A DNA stretch of 64,000 bases from Eutreptiella sp. 'Long Island Sound 2002' (taxonomy: Eukaryota; Protista; Euglenida), in NCBI GenBank assembly GCA_964036045.1, contig OZ038378.1, positions 9,052,001 through 9,116,000 on the forward strand. The letters are read 5' to 3'. Position numbers and translations under genes: made by a program. A model generated the notes under the pieces. It did not search any database. It worked only from the letters and a program-made list of their open reading frames with translations, and was not told the origin of the DNA. This document shows, piece by piece, positions 1 to 10,334 of this stretch (position 1 is the first letter of the stretch; each line of letters opens with the position of its first letter).

Positions 1-2602
1 CCTCCTCTTCCCGAACGTCGTACTTCTCTTCGGGCTTCAACTTCCGGAGTTCGCCATGCTCCTGAGCGTCTCGGCTCTTCTCTGGCTCCAATCTCCGGCG
101 TGGTCTCCACCGAGTCCACAATGCGCATCCGGGGCGTACTATGGCAGGGCTCATAAGGGCCCAAGTCCCCGCGTCGGCGGTAGGTAGGGGCAGCAGGTAC
201 GCCTCTGCTACCATAAAGAAGGTCCCTACCAGGACCGGCCCCTGCTGTGCCCCTTCCGCCTGTTACCCCGGCTGACTTGCTCCTGATCAGCGATTGCATT
301 TCTCAAAATTCAGGGTCCAAAATCCAAAAATATAGAAAATACAATCCTCCTTCAACCCTGAACAGCAACCAGATCCCACAAATACAGCAATAACCCAATC
401 CACACTGCGGGCTTCCGTTCAGCACACCGGTTGTCTCACGGTGGCGGGCATGTACAAGAATTGCACCAAAGAGGAAAGCCCTGAAATTGACATATGAACA
501 CAAATAAAGCAAAGTTGGGGAAAGATGGAAACATACACAATCATAGCCATAGACCCCTCATTCCCTGGACTCGAGACCTTCCCTTGACTCGCCAACATGA
601 TGCCCTGAACCCAGTCAAATAAGATGGTTAAATGCCATGTGTCAAAAGTCACTACAAAAACCCGAAAAATGTGTTCACTCCCAAGCCTCTAAATCCTAGC
701 CCAATAGGGGAGGTGGCGTGTCATGGCCTGGAGTGGCACTCAGGACCATGCCCTACCCTGACATAATCTTGGTTGGACTTGGAGTCGATTGGGCTTGGAG
801 AACTGCCCCATGAAGATGACCTCACACCATGGCAAAATCAGGCAAAACACACCATTATGCCAAAAAACCAATTATATACTCAAAAATGCACACGGCAAAT
901 ATTCAAATGCTCCATGCATGTGTCAAACCGGAAAGTAGTATACAAGGGTGATATAGACCAAAGGTCCATGCCCAAGAATATCCCATCATTGGCTCCGAAA
1001 CCCCTTCCGGTTATGTACATGACATGCTTCACAAGTCAGCTCATGACCTTGAGACCTAATTTTGTGAGACCTCGTGTGCCAAGCCAAAGTGACCACGCAA
1101 TCCGGCATATGGTGAGGTACAACACCCAAGCATATGCCAACATATCAGCAACATACCATGGTTCACAGATCTCTAGGCACTTTACTGTTAGCCGACCAGT
1201 TGAGCAAATAAAACACAAAAATGAGCATAAAATGAGGTCAAAAACATGCAAATAATGCCAAATTCAAGATAATTACAATAGTATATAACTTCGCTCACCC
1301 ATGGTATCAACATAAGATTCAAAGCACAATTGCTTGGGACCATTTGCAAACAATCCCCCCACTTGAATCCTCACATGGACGCATAGGGACACCTTCGAAC
1401 CTCCTCCCAACACGCACCATGAAAATGGGAAAATTGATAGTGGCGCTTGTGGGTTGCTTCGTAAGCCCTCCCACATGCACTATATGAGCGGTAGACTTAG
1501 TCTAGCGCCATGGAGTTCATCATTGGGACATGGGCAAAGCCCTTGCCACGTATGGCGCCATATATCTTCCTACAAACGGAGATATATAACATGGGCGTGA
1601 GCATATCGAAGCACATACCATGCATATAACACATACCCTCAAAACGTGGCTCCCAACATGATATGCCATGCCCCTCCATTGGCATAACTTCACGTTAAAA
1701 ATACGTAGGAACCCAAGGAAAGTTTCTATGCAACACCAACACTCATGCGGCACACTGGAAAGTTGCATTAAAATATTCGGTTGCACGGTCCAAGAGATAT
1801 ACATAACTTTCTACCCTCTTGACCATTATCCCTTGCTACACCGGGCATGTGTACACACCAAAGGCGTTTGATGCTTCCTAAATTAAGTTGAGACCAAGGC
1901 GGTTCCAACCCAATTCTCGAAATTGATATTCCCCGCCGTGAGCCGGAGATATGATTCTTCAAAGTGGCCTCACGAATCACTTTTGTTTCGACTATATCTC
2001 CAAGAGAAATAAGACAGACGACAAAACGAAGGATGATTCGTGATCGGGGATAACTGTAGGACCACTCGAGATTCATCATATCAAGTGCGGCGATGTCGAA
2101 GTCGAAAATCCGATTCCGAAAGTCTGAAAAAATCGGATTAATTTTGCGAGTGTATAATATGAAAATTGCGGAAGCAACGAACCCTTTACTGATGAAATCT
2201 GACCCTTCATCGGGGTTTCCGCCAAAATATCTGTAAATAACAGTTAACCAATCGGTTACCGCAGAATCGCGAGCCAACTGACAGTCGCCGATACATTGAC
2301 AATCAGAACGGAAGGCGGAAAAATTATGGAAACATTATGATAAAAAAACCCTGTTGATTCCTGATATTCTGATATATAAATCTCAGCTGGCGGCGCCTCG
2401 GTACTGAATATGGCCGCTCATAGCCGGAATGGCCAAACCTATCACACTATCACATCGGGTTAGGCCAGGTGGATGGGAGAGTATGATATCAGCCAATGGC
2501 GGCTTGCCGGCACATAGATACACACCCCAAGTGACCCCAAGATGGCCACGGGGGTCCGAACCGGCTTCACCACGATGCCCTTCGCGCTGGCACTCTTCAT
2601 CC

Positions 2603-2992
2603 TACAGAGTTGTCGATAAATGGCGCGATGCTATTTGTGAATATTTTTATGAGCACCATTCCTTTACCCCACAGTATGACGCTTTTGCTAATCGTGAGAA
2701 CAAACGGTTTGATAATTACTTTCGCGACGCTGGGACCCAAAAATGGGACAAGAAGTTATGGATTAATCCTCCGTTTCACTTAATCCAGCAAGTCATCCAC
2801 AAAATCAAGCAGGATAAAACCCAGGCGATTTTAGTTGTACCCTTGTGGGACGACAAGCAGTGGCTTCAGGAATTGCAGGACATTTGTGTAGATTACATCG
2901 AACTTCCCAGGAAAATTAAGCTGTACGCCAGAAACGACACAGGTCCCCTGCGACAGCGCTCCTGGAGTTCGCTCGCATTTCTGGTGGATGGA
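2603..2992 (+). CDS. Dam-like N6-adenine DNA methyltransferase domain inside the E1 polyprotein
   Basis: YDAFANRENKRF (DxFA-type motif), then LWINPPF at 2765-2776 (amino-MTase motif IV), then IQQVIHKI...AILVVPLW...W; same pattern as the MT domain of DIRS1-type retroelements and phage Dam-like enzymes. Followed by a Ser/Asp-rich linker and then RT. Confidence 0.85.
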
Positions 2993-3582
2993 GGGCTTCC
3001 TGACTGTGATTCTGCTGATTCTGGGACTGATTCTTGTGTTGGGTCAGAATCTGAGGTTGAGCGTGGTAGTGATGATGAATGTATTTTTTCCGATTTTTCT
3101 CCGTCAGATGCTGAAGGTGATCCGTCGTCAAATGGATCCGCCTCGTCTCCCTCTTCCCCAATACGATCGACATCGAAAGGAATCTTCAGTGCACGGGCAA
3201 ACAAAAATTTAAATCGCGCCGCAAATTCAGAGTTTTTTACGAAAAACCTCGTATGGAAGCTTTGAATGATCCTTTCGAGGAGCTGGATCACAAAGATAAT
3301 CTCTGGAATGCCGGTACTTGACCCACCTACCTCCAAGAGGCAGTTGATACGGACCTTTTCGAGACATCCGTAAGAAGATTCTTCCTGCTAAGGCGGAGGA
3401 GATTGCCAGAGTTTTTTCCACAATTATTCCTGGTGATCAGGTGGACACTGAGTTGTGTTCCAGGAAAAGAGAAAACCTTTTCGAGGGACAGAAGGACACA
3501 ACCCTTTCCGGCAAGTTAGTCAAGAACCCCCCGGTCCGTGGGCAGTTCGGTGAAGCCTTCATCCAGCTTCGTGAGGGGTAAA

Positions 3583-4940
3583 AGGCGAAGAAACAGCGCC
3601 CCTATGAGAACCATGGACAAAAACATGAAATTCTCAGAAAAATAATTGAAAGAAATCTCAGGGAATTTGGTTGGCTTGAGGGTTGTATGACCAGCGAGTG
3701 GTGCTGTGAAACCATTTACAGTTCCGAAGATCCACCTGCAGACCAAAACACCATAGATGGTTGGCGAATGGTTGTTGATTTTTGCAATCTTAACGCTGAA
3801 ACGAAGGCAGATTTGCACCCCCTTCCCCTCATTTAGGAGGAAATCGCCAAGAGGGCAAGAAGTGGTTTGTTTTCTGTGCTGGATCTCCGTCACGGCTTTC
3901 ACCAAACGCCGTTGAGGAAGGACAGCCGGCCTCTAACTGGTATGTGCACCCCATGTGGCCCGGTCCAGTGGACGGTCATGCCCGTGGGACTGAAGAATCC
4001 GCCCTCATTCTTTCAGAGAATGATGGAGGACGTGCTTTTTACAGCTCATCCTGAGCTTCGTGCCTTCGTCAGTGTGTACATAGATGATATAATCATCGCG
4101 ACGGAAGGGGAAGGACTGACTGAAGAGGAGTTGGTGGCCCCACATGAAAAGCAGCTGAACCAGGTAATGGACATCCTTGATGCCAATCAGCTGATTTGTA
4201 GGCCGAAGAAGGGAAAATCGTTTTCAAAAACTGTCGAATTTTGTGGTTCTCTTCTCGAGAATGGTACACGCCGACCCAGTCCAGGGAAGCTTGTAGCTAT
4301 TCAGAAGTGGAAGCCCCCTGAGACTATTACGGAATTGGGAGGATTCCTCGGTTGTTGCAATTTTTACCACACATTTGTGCCGAATTATGCCAAATTCGCC
4401 GCCCTCCTCACTCAATGATTGAAAGTAGGGAGAGATGCCGGCAAGGCAGGTTCAAAGGTGGCTATCAAGTGGACTGATGAATGCGAGGAGGCCTTCCATC
4501 ACTTGAAGGCGGCCCTCTGCGAAGTCGCCACGTTGCATGTGCCAAAATTCGACAAACCCTTCTACATAAGAACCGACGCATCCAGGTACGCGATCATAGC
4601 TGTTCCTGAAGAGGTTTATGAAGCCACCGGCGATCATTACCCTCATGCATTTTGGTCTCGGAAGCTAGCCCCACGCCAAATGCAATGGTCGCCACGTGAG
4701 CAAGAAACATATGCCATAATCTGCGCTCTGAAAAAGTATCAATCGTGGGTTGGCACCAATCGAGTCGAGGTCCTGACGGAACATCGGTCTCTTGAACATT
4801 GGGCCGCCGAACACATTGATACGGTTTCGGGCCCAGCTGGTCGACGGGCCAGATGCCACGAATTTCTCAGTCTGTTTGACCTCCATGTGTCTTATTTACC
4901 TGGAAAACACAACACGGTAGCGGATGCTCTGAGCCGATGG
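3583..4940 (+). pseudogene. E1 reverse transcriptase and RNase H (internal stops)
   Basis: QRPYE...WRMVVDF...VLDLRHGFHQ...QWTVMPVG...YIDDIII...VEFCG; RNase H YIRTDAS (4563) to ADALSR; stops at about 3836 and 4416. Confidence 0.93.
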
Positions 4941-5539
4941 GCTTACCCCGCGTCGGAGGGGCTGCAAAGTACCAACATCCATGGTACGGTGCAGGACTGC
5001 CAGGTCGTAATCGAGTGGGATCAAGAAGAAAAAAGGCTCATTCGACGTGAATGCATGCAATGTTCTGTTAAACGGCTTGCATTACCGTGTCATGACATCA
5101 CGGCCTTCTCAGATCCGGCGCATGCTCATGAAATTATCACCAAATCACTGAAAGTCGTGGAGAAAGTCACGGATCTCTCTTCCGGGAGTGTGAAACGGAC
5201 AAAGTACACCCGGCCTGTAAGTAGATTTCAGTTGATTCAGGGCATTAAGCGCCGAGACCCGGCCAAATCTCCACCCCTGCCCACAGATTCTCTCATCATC
5301 CGTCACTGGACCAACGATTATATCGGTGATTCCATGTTTTTGAATGTTCTTAACCGCATCAACTTGTTCTGGGGCTGACGTCCCCCAAGCGGGTGATTCC
5401 ATGTTTAAAGAGGTCTTTGAGAACTTAAAATCCAAAGATGCTCACAAAGATGGAATTTATTCCGAATATTCATTGGATGGGGGGAAACTGTGGATGGAGG
5501 GTAAATTGTGCGTGCCAGACGCCCTGGCCCCTCGAGTGT

Positions 5540-6820
5540 TAAACTGGTGGCACAAATGGGAGTCCCCCCACGCACATGGCGGTAGATTATGGTCGATGAT
5601 TAAAGATAGGTTATGTGGCTCTAGGCTCTACACTCATTGCATGAGAGTAGCTGCCGGATGTGCCCAATGTGCTGTCTCAACGCCCCTCGGCACCAAGAAG
5701 CACGGCCATCTGAAGCCACATCCTATTCCGGAGCGCCTCTTTAACAGAGTCAGCAGTGATTTCTTCTATCTCGGTGACCTCAATGACGAAGATTGCCATT
5801 GGACTAATAAAAAGGTCAATGGTGTGCTCCTTATTCAGTCGCTCATTCTGGCTACATTCAGGTGTTGCCTTGTAACATAGAGTCAATGACTGGCAAAGCT
5901 GCCGCCAAATGGTGCGCGCAGACATGGATGGGAGGTTGGGACATCCCATCCGAGGTGATTACGGACTCAGGTAAGGAGTATACCTCCGAATGGTGGAGAG
6001 AATTATGTACCCGCCTTGGAATCCATCACCTCAGGTGTGAAATTCACTCACATGGAGCGCTGCCAGGCGAAAGAGCCGGGCGCTCACTTATAAATATGTT
6101 TCGTAAGGAACTCGCCAGTGAGAAAGACTTCCATTGGCTTGAGATTCTTTTTGCCTTGCTTTGCCGCTACCACGACACGCCTTTGTATCATGGCCTTTCT
6201 CCAAATGAAATTGTCTTTCGACGAAAGAAGTGTTGGTGGAACATGCCGCTGAATAACCCTCGCCCCGGTAAAGGTGCTTCGCTGTTTATGGATGAAATCC
6301 AAAGGGCAAAAAAAACTGTCTCTAAATTAATTGATAAGCATCAGGCTGACTGGCTCTGGGTCCAGAATCAGTGCCGAAAAAGCCCACACAATTTTCAAGT
6401 GGACGATCGAGTTTGGCTTCGAAAATCCGAAACCACTCTGGACAGAGATGATAAGCTTCTTCCCTTGTGGGAGGGGCCATTTGCTGTTACAGCCCGTCTA
6501 GGGGAAGACAGGTGGAAGATCCGTGTGGATGTCAACAGGGAAATCGAAGTTTCCAGCGACCGCCTCAAGAGAGAAATCCCTTCCCCCAAGGAGAGAGTTA
6601 AACCTCTTTTTCCGACCTCGAAATTTCTATCGGATTGGGTCATCGAAGGGGGGAAGTACGAACTCAAGAGGATTCGCGAGGCACAGCGTGACGAAAAAGG
6701 CGAATGGAAGTTTTTGTTTGAGTGGAGGGGCTTTGATTCGAGTCACAACAACTGGGAACCAGCCGATTCTTTCGTGCATGGATACACCAAGGGGTTCATT
6801 GACTTCCTCAAGAAGCACCC
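5540..6820 (+). pseudogene. E1 integrase with GPF motif and C-terminal chromodomain (6657-6773)
   Basis: WWHKWESPHAHG...CAQC zinc finger; D-D-E residues; WEGPF; YELKRIREAQRDEKGEWKFLFEWRGFDSSHNNWEP chromodomain pattern; frameshift near 5860-5880. Confidence 0.9.
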
Positions 6821-8617
6821 CGAAATTGGTGTACTCCTGACGGATTGTCTGTCCAGACCAGACAGACAGGTTGAGGAAGACGTAAAAAGACCCGTGATAA
6901 ATCGAGATCCAGCCTTTTATGGCCCTCATTCGTCACATTCCAGGGTTGATCTGCCAATCCCCCCTCCTGCGGTCAGGCCAGCCCAGGAATCACATGAGGA
7001 CCGAGCTTCCAGTTCTGCTGCTGATTTACAGCGCCCAAGCCGTACCCGTGCCCGACCAGACAGGTTGGTGGTCAGATGCATTCGTGCTTGGCCGAATTCA
7101 GGAAGGCATCCCAAGACTTGAGTCGCCGGCGCCCTAAATTGGCTAACAGTCGTCTAGTGCAGGGCGTCATGGCACTCGTCGATAGGGCTCAAGGGTGTAG
7201 GTTCGAGACCCTTGCATGTCCAACTCCTTCCAAAGCTCCAGCCTCGCTCCGTCGACCACTTATTACAATGTGAGTGTTCTGACGGACTGAAAAAATTGCA
7301 TTCTGCTTAATCCACGCTTCATTCTTGTTGATTACGACTTGATGTGGAGAATTGAGAATGTTTGAGAATTTGACGTCAATCAACGTTTCTTTGGTTTCCA
7401 TTAGGCAGACGAAGCGTAGAAACACTACCGGAGCCCAAGGAGTGTGCTGCCGTGTCCAGAAAAAACCAAACTCAGGCTTAGTTCAGGCAGATTCGGGGTA
7501 ATCTTGTCTCTGTTGGTCTGTGCACTTTCCAAAATTTGGCTACTCGTGCAGATGGAAGCAATTGTACATACTAAAACGCTGCGCAGCGACTTTCACCCCT
7601 ACAGGTACCCCCTGTAGTTCTGGCCGCACCAGTTGCAACGCCAGGGACTCAGATCTCACCTTCATCTGTCTTGATGCTGAAGCCAAAGTCCAGATTCAGG
7701 CACAGGATCCTCAACTTTACCCTGAATTTCTCAGGTTTGTCCTTCATTCTGCCATTGTTGCACGAAACCCCGATGTCAATTGTTCAGACAACCTTCAGAC
7801 AGAGGCTCTAGGGACTTCTAACAGCAACCTCTGAGGTCCGTAAGCTTCGATGTATTTTTGGCACACGCCAATGTGAGCGAAATCCCTCAGTTTCAGGTCA
7901 AGAATGGTGAATCCAAGTGTCTTGTGGGACTCAGTCGAAAGATTGGCCTTGCCCAAGTTGATTGATACCGCCGCCACTGTACATAAAGGACTATTCGGTG
8001 TCTTTCAGTTATATACTGTCAGTAAAGGGCCTCTCGCTATCCTTCGGCGCGTTACATGCCAAGGATTCAGGGCCATCATGTCCCGTCATGATGCATCATC
8101 ATCAGACCAACATTTTCCTGGAATCTCTTGGATGCTTGGGAACAAACGTGCCGGAAAGGATAATTGAGCTGAACGAACGACCTTATATATTGACCTAAGT
8201 CTAAACGAAGGCAGTAGTCGTTTCGGTTCCAGACATTCCGCATCATTTCGCCTTAATCCACAGAGATTTCTACATGCTAGGAAAATTTAGGATAATTTAC
8301 TTGTCATCTCCTTTCATTCCTTTAGGATCTGCTTAAGGCCTAGCCTAACCATGTTAACGCTTATGTTTTTCTGTTCTCTTAGGACCTGGAAACTACGTTG
8401 GTCCTTGTGTCCTCTCTCTCTCTTCACGTCCGTTGGACTGTTCGTCAGTCCTCATTCTGCATCATTCCAGGTTCATTCATCGCCATTTGGTGCCAATTCA
8501 GCCCAAATCAGATCAGATTGAGCAGATGTTGCCTCGTCAAGAGTACATTTCTTTTTTTTTGGGACTTACCCGCACTACGTTCTTCGTTGACCTAGGGACA
8601 CACCCCAGTGTGTTTTT

Positions 8618-8989
8618 GGAGAGGGAGTGTAAGTGCGGCTAACCCACATCTGCTGAGAATTTCACAGATCTGCCCCAGATTGGCTACATTTTGGCCATTT
8701 TACATACTTCGTCGCTACCGCCGACCCCCAGACCATTCCCAGGGACTGAACTATATAACTCTGACGTGCCGGATTCAGCGCTGCTGTCCATTCATTGTAA
8801 ATCCGCCGCGTTCCGATGATTTGCCCGGAATCGCCATTTGCCGCTGGTGCGGGTGCGCGACCCAAATCGGCCATACGTTTTTTCAAAATCGGATTTATAT
8901 AAATCTTTTCAGACAGATTCAGACACTCAGATGTATTTGTGTTCATCTGCATTACTTTTCTTCATAGACTGGGATTTTTCTCTTGGTCA
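8618..8989 (+). repeat. Putative polypurine tract (8618-8627) plus candidate 3' LTR of E1 (TG...CA, about 362 bp)
   Basis: GGAGAGGGAG immediately followed by TGTAAG; candidate end TTGGTCA at 8989. No second copy in the window to confirm the boundaries. Confidence 0.4.
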
Positions 8990-9497
8990 TATGAGCATGG
9001 ACTTGTCTAGTGTTCTCGCTGCCCTCTCCTCCCCTATGGTCCCCTCGGTCACCGGAACAATCAATCAGGTCGCATCCCCGCACGGCTGCCTCCCGGGCCT
9101 AGCCGGCCCTGAGCCCTCCGGCCCTCTCATCAACCCCGGACAGCACTTGCACAAAGATGGACGAGGAGGCCCTGACCGCAGGCCAAACAAGGACAAGAAC
9201 GCGAACCAGTCCGGAGGGAATCCCAATACTACGCCAGGGGGGAACTCTAAGCCTTCTGGTGGGCAATCAAACACGGGACCTACGACCCGTTCCCAGGCGC
9301 AAGCCCAACAAGAACAAGGGACTACGCGTGCCAAGGAAGATGGGGACCAGTCACACGCCCGCAAACGCCCCCGTTTCATGCGCATGGCGCGGAAACTGCA
9401 GAAGAAGGGGTTTGAAGTGACCTGCCCCGCGGAGTTCTGACAGGGACGCTCCGGGGGTTCTACAGATCTGGTGTTCGGGCTACTTATCCGTCTTGGG

Positions 9498-9800
9498 GGA
9501 CGTGAAAACCTGGGGGTACTGGATACTGGGGCCACTATATCTATTGTGGCCAAGAAAAGTTTACCTCAGGGGGACCTGAAGAACATCATGCCTACCGCAG
9601 CCATCCGCATGGGGGATGGGCATGTGGTGCACAGTTCTGGGGACTGTGAGGTCAAAGTGCCTATGGGATCTAGGAGCACTGCCCATCGGTTCTACGTGAT
9701 GGACACCGAAGCCTTCGACTTTGTCCTGGGGACCGACTTCTTCGTCGAGCACTCCCAGATTCTATCCCTCACCCTGCAAGCACCCTACGTCCTCCAAGTC
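9498..9800 (+). CDS. Retroviral-type aspartic protease of E2
   Basis: LGVLDTGATISIV (Asp codon at 9522) and DFVLGTDFF C-terminal motif. Confidence 0.9.
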
Positions 9801-9917
9801 GACCATGGTGACGGATGGGAATCTGTACCTCTGGAGCAGTCCGAACACACGTCTAGCTACCTGAGGGTATGCAAGCAGGAGGCCTCAACCATGATGGTCG
9901 CCTCCAAAACTGAGGAC

Positions 9918-10334
9918 TAACAGCTCCTTGGGGATGTCTTGGATCAAGGTCTAAAAGAGTTGGGATACTCCCGAGAAGACCTGAAAGTGCGGCTATTTCC
10001 CAGCGACAAGCAACATATCCTGGACCTCTACTGCAGCAAAGGGAAAAATTGCTGCTATAAATTTTACTGGCCCTCTTTCGGGATGGCCTACGGGAACCCA
10101 AGATTCAGTGAACTGGGGAAGGTCCTGACCAAGGTGGCCCTGGAACGTTCCCGTATGATCCTGTGCTTTCCCGATTGGGGAGCCCATGGGGGAAATGAGT
10201 ACCGGCGTACTCTATTGGACAAGCTGACGCTCACCTCCATGCAGCTGCCGGATGACGCCATCTACGTGCCTCTGGGCCGCAAGACGCCAATCCGGAGACC
10301 TGGATGGGGGAGCATACTAAGCGTGCTGGACGGG
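9918..10334 (+). CDS. Divergent Dam-like adenine methyltransferase domain of E2, between protease and RT
   Basis: VRLFPSDKQH / AYGNPRFSELGKVLTKVALERSRMILCFPDW / LPDDAIY...PIRRPGWGSILSVLDG aligns by eye with the E1 domain (LWINPPF...IHKI...ILVVPLW / LPRKIKLY...PLRQRSWSSLAFLVDG); NPRF at 10095-10106. Confidence 0.75.

Larger units (their letters stand above)
2429..7121 (+). mobile_element. pol: Ty3/gypsy (chromovirus-like) LTR retrotransposon E1, pol region MT-RT-RNase H-integrase-chromodomain, disrupted by stops and frameshifts; no gag, protease or matching 5' LTR seen
   Basis: Consecutive ORF fragments 2429-3265, 3867-4418, 4419-5378, 5344-5880, 5862-7121 carry RT motifs (WRMVVDF, FSVLDLRHGFHQ, YIDD at 4077-4088), RNase H (TDAS, EQETYAI, ADALSR), integrase (H-H-C-C, SSDFF, ITDSGKEY, ERAGRSL), a GPF motif and a chromodomain, in gypsy order (IN after RH). 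Confidence 0.95.

Noticed and set aside
1-300. Coding fragment on - (…ELRKLKPEEKYDVREEE)
   Set aside because: Truncated by the window edge, with no diagnostic motif.
2386-2402. PBS of E1 (CA-GC-TGGCGGCGCC) implying a 5' LTR ending at about 2385
   Set aside because: The upstream sequence does not match the candidate 3' LTR at 8628, and the tRNA match cannot be verified.
2429-7121. E1 as a DIRS element because of the MT domain
   Set aside because: It has a DDE integrase, GPF motif and chromodomain, no tyrosine recombinase is visible, and MT precedes RT.
9438-9446. Programmed gag-pol stop read-through at TGA CAG
   Set aside because: E2 has several other in-frame stops that are clearly decay (9918, 11343, 12342, 12444, 12510); this one cannot be distinguished from them without a consensus.
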